64,000 nt of DNA, taken from NCBI GenBank assembly GCA_965207735.1, contig OZ242296.1, positions 1,952,001 to 2,016,000 on the forward strand. The letters run 5' to 3'. Under the pieces are notes generated by a model. It ran no database searches. It was not told where the DNA came from and saw only the letters and a program-made list of their open reading frames with translations. Positions 50,105-60,200 of this stretch are shown here, in pieces (the stretch's first letter is position 1; every line of letters begins with the position of its first letter). The position numbers and the translations under genes were made by a program. The stretch is from Candidatus Versatilivorator sp. (lineage in GTDB: Bacteria; Acidobacteriota; Terriglobia; Versatilivoradales; Versatilivoraceae).

Positions 50105-52438
50105 CTAATCCCTTCCCAGGGCACGCCCCAGGAACTCCACCGCCCGCGCAATGGCGCCCGTCAGACCGAACAGGTTGTGTCCTCCACCCTCGTAGGTGAA
50201 GGCCTCGAACTCGGGAGGCTCGCGTCCCAGGGCCTCCATGGCACGGATCATCGAGTACGCTTGGGAAACGGCGACGGTCTCGTCGGAATCGCCATGGTGT
50301 AGCTGGACGGCCGGCAGGTCTTCGGCGAACAGAACGGAGGAGCGGCGCACCAACTCCAGGCGCACTTCAGGCAGTTCGATTTCGCCTCTCAGGTAGGGCT
50401 GAACAAAGATGGAGTCCAGGTGGGCCACGCCCGTGAGCTCGCGCGGACGCCCCAGGGCCGCCTCGCGCACGATTTGCCGCACCCAGTTGTCGAAGAAGTC
50501 GGTGGGACCGAAGAAGGCGACGATGTTCTCAATGCGCTCGTCGCGGATGCCGGCCAGCATGGCGACGCCCGCTCCACGACTTCCGCCGATGATGCTCACA
50601 CCTTCGGACTTCGCCTGCGGAGTCAGCTCCAGCGCCACGTTCAGGAGCGCCAAGGCGTCGTCCACATCGTAGTCCCAGTGACTGCCGGCGCCGGTCGAGA
50701 TCCACACGCGATCGCCAAACTCAAGCGGTTCGCTGCGAAAAGAGGGGATTACGTAGACGAAGCGGTCTCGCAGCTCGCCCAAGAACTGCCCGATGATATC
50801 CACATCGCCCACGTCGACACCGCTGTCGCCGCCGTGGAGGTACATCAGGACGGGCAGGGTGCCGGGTGCCGCGGAGTCGGGCGCAATGATCGCTCCGTAG
50901 TGGCGCGCCTCCCCGACCCGATGCGACACCACCCGCAGGGTCGCCGGGGTGTCGTCCAGGGGATGCGCCTCCGCGAATTCGAGCAACACGTCAACCGGAG
51001 AGATGTCGCGCTGGGCCCAGTCTGCACGAACGGCTTCGATCTCCGCAGCGGTCGGAGCGGCAAAAATGTTGTCGAGTTCGGTCTCGAGGTCGATCGCGTA
51101 GGCGTTGACAGCCGAAACAGCCAGGTCTGCGGCGACCATGAGCGTCTGGATGCCGGCCCCGGTGCCCAGGGTCCACTCCACCGCGACTTCGCCCTTCCAG
51201 TCCGTGACTGCGGTCGAGGGATCCACCCGGCCGCTTCCCGGCGTTGGCAAGAAGTTCACGGTCACGCCGGAAAGAGACTGACCTGACGTGTCGACAACGC
51301 GAACGACGAGGGGCCTGTCAAGGGTTTGCCGGGTGAACGCGCGTTGCCCCCCGCCTGCTACAATGCGGATCGCGGCCGCCGACTCTCCGAATACCGGATC
51401 GACCGGGACGCTGACCGGATCACATCCCGTCAGGGTGGGCTGTCGGTCCGCTCCTGTCACCGTGATGGGGCAGGTCACCGCACTCGTGGACGACCACGTC
51501 ACCGTCGGCGGGGGGGGATGGCCACCGTCGAGGGGGCCTCCGTCCGGGACCCGAATCGTCGGCACCGCCGAGAGTGAAGGGATCCGCTTCCCAAACCGCA
51601 GCCCGAGCGGAGCGAAAGGGGAATCGTCCTCGCTTCGCAGGAACAGGAGGCCGCGAAAGTTCCCCAGGAACCTTGTATCGACTCCTTCCACTGCGAACCA
51701 TTCCGGGAGCGTGCGCGCCGCCTGGTGGAAATCCCCCCAGTGGACGAACCCACCGTTCAAGGGGTCCCTTCCCTCTTCGTCGCGAATGCGAAGCTCGAGG
51801 CGGGAAGCGGCGTCTGGCTTGAACACTGCGACTCCAGCGCCGACTCTCGTCGATTCCTCCACGAACAGAGCGAATCCCGTCCCCAACCGGACGGGCTCGA
51901 CGCCGACTTCGATTCCCGATTCGGCGTGCCGATAGGTCAACAGCCCACTGACTGTGGCCGGCTCGGCCTCGACCTGGATCCAGCCTTGCCGAATGGATCC
52001 TGAGCCGGCGCTATTCAAGACTCGTCTGCCCCGCGACGGAATCTCCAACGTTATATCGGAATCGAACAGATCCGGGACCGGCTGTGCGTCCGGATCGTAG
52101 ACTTCCACCCGGACTTCGGCGGCGGCGTCCGGGTCGACGTTGCTGAGGACCAACTGCACCGACCATCCGCCTCCATCCACGTAATCCGGGAAGTACAGAA
52201 ATGTCGCTGCCTGTTCCTGCGCTTGTCCGGCGATCGAGTCGTCCGCCGGGCGGCGGACGTTCTCTAGCGGGGCGCCGGCAGTTTGCGCCGGCGACAGGAC
52301 GAAAAACAGGCACAGGGCAGAAATTAATAATCCTGTGCATCGACGTTTGCCAGAAATCAACTCATACCCCACAGGGAGAGCCGAAGCGGGGAACATCATT
52401 TCGTGACCTTCGTGGCCCTTCGGGATCCTTGGTGCCAC
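50105..52438 (-). CDS. Secreted multidomain protein: N-terminal beta-rich module, Ig-like domain, C-terminal alpha/beta (S9-like) hydrolase
   Basis: Signal-like LLISALCLFFVLSPAQ; YLHGG, GGSRG, HHGDSD and GGGH motifs; start probably near 52399. Confidence 0.75.
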   Translation of the reverse strand: MAPRIPKGHEGHEMMFPASALPVGYELISGKRRCTGLLISALCLFFVLSPAQTAGAPLENVRRPADDSIAGQAQEQAATFLYFPDYVDGGGWSVQLVLSNVDPDAAAEVRVEVYDPDAQPVPDLFDSDITLEIPSRGRRVLNSAGSGSIRQGWIQVEAEPATVSGLLTYRHAESGIEVGVEPVRLGTGFALFVEESTRVGAGVAVFKPDAASRLELRIRDEEGRDPLNGGFVHWGDFHQAARTLPEWFAVEGVDTRFLGNFRGLLFLRSEDDSPFAPLGLRFGKRIPSLSAVPTIRVPDGGPLDGGHPPPPTVTWSSTSAVTCPITVTGADRQPTLTGCDPVSVPVDPVFGESAAAIRIVAGGGQRAFTRQTLDRPLVVRVVDTSGQSLSGVTVNFLPTPGSGRVDPSTAVTDWKGEVAVEWTLGTGAGIQTLMVAADLAVSAVNAYAIDLETELDNIFAAPTAAEIEAVRADWAQRDISPVDVLLEFAEAHPLDDTPATLRVVSHRVGEARHYGAIIAPDSAAPGTLPVLMYLHGGDSGVDVGDVDIIGQFLGELRDRFVYVIPSFRSEPLEFGDRVWISTGAGSHWDYDVDDALALLNVALELTPQAKSEGVSIIGGSRGAGVAMLAGIRDERIENIVAFFGPTDFFDNWVRQIVREAALGRPRELTGVAHLDSIFVQPYLRGEIELPEVRLELVRRSSVLFAEDLPAVQLHHGDSDETVAVSQAYSMIRAMEALGREPPEFEAFTYEGGGHNLFGLTGAIARAVEFLGRALGRD

Positions 52439-54175
52439 TTCGTGGATATCTTTTTTGTCTTTGTGGATAGTCTCTCAATTTTCTTGGGTAGGTTACAGAC
52501 AAGGGAGAGGATGCGGGCGGGACGCCCGCGCTCGCGGGTGGGTCGTCCCGCTGGTGCGGTGGAGCGTATACGGCGGGCGACTTCTCTGAAAGCCGACCGG
52601 CACCCCTTGGGAAACTCCCCTTTGCCCGCGGGCCTGCCCCCGCCACCCTACTCCTGGGTGAATCAAACGAGGGGAAACAACAAATCTTCCCGGCCTATCG
52701 GGAACAAGGACCCTGCCAGGTTGATTCAGAATTCCGGATTATTGAACATGGATACACAGGATGCACAGGATTAACACAACGAGAGGCCGCCGCACGGACT
52801 ACAATATAAAATTTGTAACTGCTCATTATAGTAGACTTACTGTGGTTTGTCCTATTGTAATCCCCTCATTATATCCCTCTAATTGAACGGGAATCCACTG
52901 GACTATTCAGGACGTTGGTGGACAGGACTTACGATGTTGCAACCCCCGAGACTCTTCGTCCGAGACCGTCGAGCGGGGTGGTAGGCTGCCCCTGGGTTCG
53001 GATCGGAGATATCGGGTTGTGAGCATCCTCCAGCCTTGCCCCTCTCGGCCTCTGGCCATCTGTGGTCTACTGTTCTTCGAAGGCCTCATCAGTGAGAACC
53101 CGCAGCCGGGAGCCGACGTTGAGGTGCCGCGGGATGCCGAGGCGCTGGAGACGTTGACGGGTTTCGGGAGAGACGGGGATATGAAGCGGTACACGGTGCA
53201 ACATAAAGACACACAACAACACATGGAGCGACAAGCAGGTTACTAAGCTACACAAAGCCACACGGAGTAGACACTCATCCTCCATGAGCGCGAAAGCGCG
53301 CCTGGAGGCCTTCCCGCCAGGGATCACTGTGGAGGGAGCGACCCCCGGAAAGGGGAGGGTAAGGGTGACGTTTTGCCTGTCACCCTTTACCCTGCCCGGT
53401 GCCGCACCAGCGGTCAAAAGGAGGGGGTCGCTCCCTCCACTTTCTCCCCCTCCGGTGCGGCGCCACGACGCGCCGTACGAGGCGGGGACGCGCAGGGCCG
53501 GCGCCGCACGGCGCTTTGGCCCGGAGGACTCGGGGAATCCGTGCCAACCCGCTTCCAATGCGGATTCCCGGGCACAACCTGGACCACAGCGGGGAGGGCT
53601 TCGCCCTCTGAGAGTGGAGCGTTGGGGTTGTTGAGGGGACGCGCCACCACGTGCGCCACCACCGTGCGCCACCCCTCCTTTGTAAGGTGGCCACCCATAT
53701 GACGGCACGAGCGTGACCCCCGGAGGCGGAAATCGTCGATCATTTCGCGGCCGTTGGAGGCCGGGTTTGCCTGCTCCCATCGGGCGATCTTCTCCATGAC
53801 GACATCGAGGCCGCCATGGCGTTCGACCATCGCCCAACCGGCTACAGCGATGGCTTGCCTGAGGGCCGCATCTGGCGACTCGACCGCTCCCATGTCTCAG
53901 GATCCCCGGGCCTGGAGAACGCGCTGGGTGTGGTCGAGATGGTGCTGGTCCTAAACGACCGCGAATACCTCGACAGTCCAGTTTGCCTTGCAACCGGCCG
54001 CGTGAGTATGATGCGTCTTATCTGTCCGAGAAATCCGTGGCGGTACAGACTGGATTCTCGGCGCCCCGCTTATCCTGATGTTGATTGGCTTGCTCGCTGA
54101 TAGACTGACCCGGCGCTAGCCGCCGAGTTGCTCCGCCAAATCGAGGACTGCCGCGAGGCACGCAAAAGAAAAGGG

Positions 54176-55438
54176 ATGGACCACGCTAACCTGTTTAACC
54201 CGTTTAGTTCGCTGCCTCCTGAATATGAGAACCGCTTGACGTGGGCGTTCCTTGTGGCTCTCAAGTATGATCCGCTCCTTCAGAATTTTTTCCGCGAACT
54301 GGTGGAATCAAGACTGCCGCAGAAGGCGCGAGACCTCAGTAACTTCTGGCACCCCGCGCGCGTTGCTACGCAGACGAAATGGATTGACCCATCTACCATC
54401 CAGCTGGTTTCCGTACTCCTCACTGATGACACCATTCAAGACGTGCAGGTCGAGTGGTCGGATCGTGACCCCCGGTACGATGGCGTAATCGAATTTCCAG
54501 ACGGCCTCACGTTTATCGTGGAAAACAAACCTTCCCATGGCAATGTATGGGCGAAACAATTGTCGCCGAGCCGGAGGTCTTTTTCGGGAAACATTGACGA
54601 TTGCACCCTGCATGGTACAGCGATATGCCTGGCGTGGTCAGAAGTTCTGGAAGGTGTATTGGAGTACGTTAACTCCAAAATCGCGCTCTTTGGCAGCCGC
54701 GAAATTTGCCTTGATTTTCTGTCATTCGTGGATGAGTTCCACCCTCGCTTGACTCCCTACCGCACGTTCAGGCTCTGTGGTGACAGGTCTCAGGCACTCG
54801 AAAGACGGACGAAACGGCTGTTGGATGTTTTGGCGAGCAGATTAGGGCTGGAACGTCGGGAAAACTACCTGTTCCGACCAGGCAAGATTGCCGAGAGAAT
54901 TGCGATTTTGGTCGAAGATGGGCCGACGCTCAAGGTAAGTCTTTGGCCGGCAGATACCGTGTGCCAGGCTCGTCGGTTCTACGAAATTGTGGACAGGACG
55001 GCTTTCTTGGATTTGAATGAATGGCAGGTCGAACCTAATCTCCACTTTTCATTCATGAACAGTCACCTAATCTGGGCCAAAACCACTTGGGAAACTGATA
55101 GGTATTTCGATGATTTCGCAGACAGGCAGTTATATGGGCAAATGAACCAAGCCAGACTGCTTCCTTTGGCACAACAATGGGAGAAAAAAGGCCTAATCAC
55201 AGGCAAGGATCGGGGCGATATCGAATATCAGTTCAATTCAACGAGGCGAGAGACCCTTAATGTAATCCCTGGATTTTGTGTCTATCGGGTATGGGACCTC
55301 AACACCGTTATCAAGTTGGAGGAGAGCCGAAAACTCGAAGACGAAATCATTGACGCGCTTGTCAATCCCCTCGAGAGCTGGAAAGAAACTCTAGAAGCGG
55401 GACAACACGGATTTCCCGCGTCTGATGCGACAAAGTGA
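54176..55438 (+). CDS. Hypothetical protein with PD-(D/E)XK nuclease-like N-terminal domain
   Basis: ENRLTWAF...RYDGVI...FIVENK pattern; visibly lower GC; ATG 54176. Confidence 0.6.
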   Translation: MDHANLFNPFSSLPPEYENRLTWAFLVALKYDPLLQNFFRELVESRLPQKARDLSNFWHPARVATQTKWIDPSTIQLVSVLLTDDTIQDVQVEWSDRDPRYDGVIEFPDGLTFIVENKPSHGNVWAKQLSPSRRSFSGNIDDCTLHGTAICLAWSEVLEGVLEYVNSKIALFGSREICLDFLSFVDEFHPRLTPYRTFRLCGDRSQALERRTKRLLDVLASRLGLERRENYLFRPGKIAERIAILVEDGPTLKVSLWPADTVCQARRFYEIVDRTAFLDLNEWQVEPNLHFSFMNSHLIWAKTTWETDRYFDDFADRQLYGQMNQARLLPLAQQWEKKGLITGKDRGDIEYQFNSTRRETLNVIPGFCVYRVWDLNTVIKLEESRKLEDEIIDALVNPLESWKETLEAGQHGFPASDATK

Positions 55439-55626
55439 AGCGAGGCGGGGACAGCGGGGCCGGCGGCGCACCGCGTAGTGCCGGGGAGCCAGCCTACCCA
55501 ATGTAATACATTGGGGCTGGCGAGGGGCTCCGGCCCCTTCGAACCCCCGACCGGGGGAACACCCCCCTGCCCCCCATCATCCCCGCCGCTCCCTTCTCCC
55601 TCTCCCGGGAACTTCGAGCCTGACTC

Positions 55627-56856
55627 TCACCCTGGCTTACCCCGGGCACCCGACCCCTGGGCCAGGTAACGCGCCCAGTCGTCCATCAGGACACGCCGGC
55701 GCTCGAATAGGTCCGAGCGGGCATAAGCCGCCTCCACCCGGTTGCGGACCACATGCGCCAGGGCCGCCTCGATCACCTCCCGGGGATGGTCGGTCTCCTC
55801 AGCCGCCCAGTCCCGGAAAGTCGAGCGGAAGCCGTGAGGCACCGCCGCAATCCCAAGCTGGCGCAGCAGTCGGCGCACCGCGCTGTCATGCAGCGGCCTC
55901 CCGCCTCCATGGGTGAACACCAGCGGACCGTCTCCTTCATTCAGCTTCTGCGCCGCCTCGAGAATCTCCAGGGCTCGGCCACACAGTGGCACACGATGCC
56001 GGCGGTTCGTCTTCGCCCGCCTTGCCGGGACGGTCCACACCCTCCCGCTGCAATCGATCTCCTCCCACTCGGCCCACCGAACCTCACTCCACCTGGCTGC
56101 CGTCAGCACCAGGTACTCGAAGGCCAGCTTCGCGGCCGGCACCGCTGCCGATGCCTGCACCGTCCGGATCGCCGCAGCCACCTCCCGATGGGGCACGGCC
56201 TGCATGTGCTCGGTCACGTCCTTTTGGTGACCCAGCACCGGGGCGATCCGGTCACAGGGGTTGTCAAGACGGAACTCCATGGCTACGGCCCATTCCAGGA
56301 CCGCACGCAGGCGCTGGCGCACCCGCTTGGCCGTGGCGACCTTCCGGTGCCAGAGAGGCGTGAGGATCTCAAGCAGATCGGCGCTGGTGACCTCGGAGAC
56401 CGGCATCTTGCCGATGCGGGGAAAGGCGTACCGCCTCAGGCTGGACATCCACTCGCGATGGTGACGCCGGCCGCGCCAGCCGTCCTGCTTCTGTTCCAAA
56501 ACACGCATGGCGGCTTCGGCGAAGGTGAGGATGCCCTCGGCGCGGCGCTTCTCGGCAAGCGGGTCCCCGCCCTGGCGAGCGAGCTTGCGGTTGGCGAGCG
56601 CCTTCTCCCGGGCCTCGGCCAGGGAGACCAGGGCAACGCTGCCGAGTCCGAGCTCGCGGCGGCGGCCTCGGATAAGGAGGCGTTGAATCCAGGCGCGTGT
56701 TCCGCTGGGCTGGACGAAGAGGTACAATCCGTTTCCATCGGCGTGTCTACCGGGCGGAGCGGAGCGAATGAAGGCAGGAGAGAGGGCCTTATGGGGATGG
56801 CGGCCCTTGGGTTTGGTTTTGGGTAGCAGACGGGCGGGATGTGATCCAGTAATCAT
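55627..56856 (-). CDS. Tyrosine recombinase/integrase (P4-like, with arm-binding domain)
   Basis: HADGNGLYL arm domain; TAARWSE, PHGFRS, ALAH and AAYARS catalytic R-HxxR-H-Y. Confidence 0.93.
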   Translation of the reverse strand: MITGSHPARLLPKTKPKGRHPHKALSPAFIRSAPPGRHADGNGLYLFVQPSGTRAWIQRLLIRGRRRELGLGSVALVSLAEAREKALANRKLARQGGDPLAEKRRAEGILTFAEAAMRVLEQKQDGWRGRRHHREWMSSLRRYAFPRIGKMPVSEVTSADLLEILTPLWHRKVATAKRVRQRLRAVLEWAVAMEFRLDNPCDRIAPVLGHQKDVTEHMQAVPHREVAAAIRTVQASAAVPAAKLAFEYLVLTAARWSEVRWAEWEEIDCSGRVWTVPARRAKTNRRHRVPLCGRALEILEAAQKLNEGDGPLVFTHGGGRPLHDSAVRRLLRQLGIAAVPHGFRSTFRDWAAEETDHPREVIEAALAHVVRNRVEAAYARSDLFERRRVLMDDWARYLAQGSGARGKPG

Positions 56857-57283
56857 CCCCCCATTATATAGGGGATGGCAATGGATTGCAAGGGAGGTTA
56901 TGGGCTGGCCGAACGGCTGCGGGACTCAGTTAAGTCAATGATAATAAATACAGTTATGGACATTACTGGACAAGAATGGACGTAGCTGGAACTTGATAGG
57001 ATGTTGTCGCACGGGAAGCAGACTCGCTCAATGATCGAGTGCGCATTTGCGGATGTCCAGGACTGCAAGCCAGACCCCCGCCCTGCCGTGCGGATCATTC
57101 GAGAGTGAAACAATCGGAAATCGTCAATCCTTTCGCGAACTTGGCACCCCGTCGCGGCCACTCTCAGCGCCTTAGTGCCCCTTCGTGGTTCTTCGTGGCC
57201 CTTCGTGGATAGCTCTTTTTCTTTTTTCTTTTGTTTCTCTTGTTTCAGGCAGGCCGACCAGGAAATCGGTTCCGCACAGGCCC

Positions 57284-60200
57284 CTATTTCCTCGCCGGCA
57301 GGTAGGCTCCGTCGCCGCTACGTTGTCCTGGAGCCCCGCCGTCGTTGACCACCCCGTAGGCCAGGAACGGGTTCTCCCCCGACACCTTCTCGATCCGGAT
57401 GTACCCCTGCCTGGTCTCCGGGTTGGCTCTGAGCAGAACCCTGTTGATTTGATGCCAGCCCCGGGCCGGGATCGGCTTGGTGACCACCGTCTCCTCCAGC
57501 AACCCCGTCTCCCCGTTATAGATCTCCAGGTGAAAGACGCTCTCACTCTCATCCACTTCGCCGGTGTTGACCAGCGCCAGGTTGCTGCGGTTCTCCTCAT
57601 TCTGCTGCAACCCATTCACCCAGGCCTCCTTCTCGAAGGCCTCACCTTCCGGCACCGCGTTGTAGAAAACGCTGTACTGCCCGCCGCCTCCTTGAGACCC
57701 CGTCCTGGCCCCAATCACGATCCCGCTCAGGTCTCCCTCTTCGGCCGTGACGAACAACGGCCCCAGGTAGAAGCCCCTGCTCCTGCCCAGCTTCGCCATC
57801 TCCTCTCGACGCAACTCCTCCACCAGCTCGGGAACGATCTGCTGCTCTCCGGCTTCCAGCTCCATGCTGAAGCCCACCCTCTTGTCCTCCCCCTTGATCT
57901 GCTCCGACACAAATTCCAGGTTCAGCGTCCTGGGCTCCTGGGAGAAGTTCGTCACCGTCAGCTCGCTCCTGAACTCACTCGTCTCCACGATCACCGGCAA
58001 CGTCTGGGCCATCTTCCCTTCCAACGAACTGGCCGTCACCGGAAAGACGAACGACCCGTCCGAGTTCACCTGGTCGTTGATCACCCCGTAAGCGTAGAAG
58101 GGCGCCTCTCCTTCCACCCGCTCCACCTTCACGTAGCCGCTCTCCACACTGCCCAGCAGCCCCGAGTACTGGTGAAACCCTCCCGGCTCGAGCGCTACGT
58201 CGTCCAGCTCCCGGGCAGTCGCATCCCCCGCCTCTCCCGAATACACCGTAGTCCTCAGGATGATCGCTCCCTCCCCCGGTGACCCCATGTTCTGGAAGGC
58301 AACGTTGGAGCGATCCTGACTGTTCTGCCGCAGTCCGCTCAGATAGACGGCCTCGGTAAAACCCTCTTCCTCTGCCACCCCCAGATAGGCCAGCCCCGCC
58401 TTCCCATCAGGCACCAGCGTCGCCGTCCGCACCACCGCCTCCACCTCAGAGCCCAGCGGCACCTCCACCCGCAACGTCCCCAGCTGGTTCCCCGTTTCGG
58501 GAATCGGGACCCCAAGACCCCTCAGGTAGTCGAGGGCGTCGATCTCGATCTTCTGTCTGCCTGCGGACAGCATGTCCGAGGCTTCCCCGCTTCTCTTTTC
58601 AGGCTCGTCCCTGGACGTATAGGTGAAGTTGAGCTCTACCTCCTCGTCCCCCCGGTTGGTCAGCGTCAACTCCGAGGTGAAAAAGGACTGGTTCCGGCCT
58701 GCTGAGGAGAGAATCACCGGGACGAACAGTGACCCCGTTGTCAGGCGGAAGCTCCCCTCGGCCGGACCCTCATCGCCGCAGTCATAGGCGAACCTCCCCA
58801 ATTCAGACTCGGTGAAGCTCAAACGAATCTCGCAGGAGGCCCCGTCATCGTAGTCCAGCCTCACTGTCCCCATGTGAAGACCTGTCTTCTCATAGGTGTA
58901 AGTGCCCGATCGGGAGGCATCTCCCGACTCTGTCTGTTCGAAGCGGTTGCCGTCTCCGAACTGTAGCTCAAAAGTTCTCGCAGCCCCGTCTTCACCTGTC
59001 AGGTTCAAGGTCAGCCGTTTGCCCTCCAGGTCTGCCTCGGTAAGTTCCGGCGGATCATCTCCCACTTCTTCCGTGGCTTCTTCCGAGGCGACCCTGAGGA
59101 TCAGGTCTCTGCCGCCGCCGTTCGAGGTGGTCACATACAGCGCCCCGTCGGGGCCCATCATCGGGGTCCGGAGCCGGCCGTAGGAGCGATCCAGCTCGGA
59201 GACAATGACCTGACCGACGAAGTCGCCCTCCGGGGTGAACTCGAACAGACGCAGCCGGCTGTCCCTGAGCGTGGCCACAGCCAGCCGCCCCTCCCAGACG
59301 CCCCATTGCCTGCCCTCCAGGAAGATACCGCCGCTCACGGCCACGGTCGGTGACCCCGACGACCACTTGGCCTCAACCGCGTCGGGGAACTTCGCCCGGT
59401 CGGTCATGGGAACGGATTCGTTGTAGCCGGGCACCGGATCCCAGCCGTAGTTGCCGCCGGCAACCAGCAGGTTGATCTCGTCGTCCACTCTCGGTCCGTG
59501 TTCCACCCCCCACATCTGACTGGTGCCGGGACGCAGCGCCAATCCCTGCACGTTTCGGTGGCCATAGCTGTAGACCCGCGAGGGAGCCAGCGGGTTTGTG
59601 TCCGCTCCTGCACCAGTGGCCGGGTCGACTCGAAGCACCTTGCCTCCCAATGAGGTCAGATCCTGCGGGATCCTCCCCGAGGCCGCGTCCCCGGTCCCAA
59701 TCCACAGATAGCCCTCCGGTCCGAAGCGCAGCCGGCAGCCGCCGTGACGCCCGCTGGTGGCCGGGATGCCCCCGACCAGGGGATCGGCCACCCGGGTGGC
59801 CGCGGTGTAAACGGCGTTCATGGTCCAGGCGATCACCTGGACCTCGGGCCCGACGTGGCCCTGGCAGGTGTAGAAGCGGCGGTTGGAGGCGAAGTCCGGA
59901 TCGACCACGATACCCATCAGCCCGGTCTCGCCGACGGCGAACAAGTCTCCCATCTCTGCGTTGACCCTGCGAATTGTGCCGTCGGCCCCTCGGCTGCTGA
60001 GCACGCCCCGTTTCTCAGTGAACAGCATGGTCCCGTCGGGCGTGAAATCCAGATCCCAGGGGATGGTCAGGCCGGAAACCAGGGTGGAAACCAGCAGTTC
60101 GGGCGCGATCTCCGCGGTCTCGACCGACTGAAGAGTGAAGGTCAGGGTGGCGATCGGCTCGTTCGAGAACTTTCCCATACCCCGAATGCTGGTGATGACT

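Larger units (their letters stand above)
52791..57014. mobile_element. ~4.2-kb integrative element with tyrosine integrase, bounded by a 7-bp direct repeat CGCACGG
   Basis: CGCACGG at 52791-52797 and 57008-57014; removing the element rebuilds a family B repeat; integrase next to the right end. Confidence 0.75.

Noticed and set aside
52907-54100. Short ORFs inside the integrative element
   Set aside because: No recognisable family; probably decayed remnants, so not called as CDS
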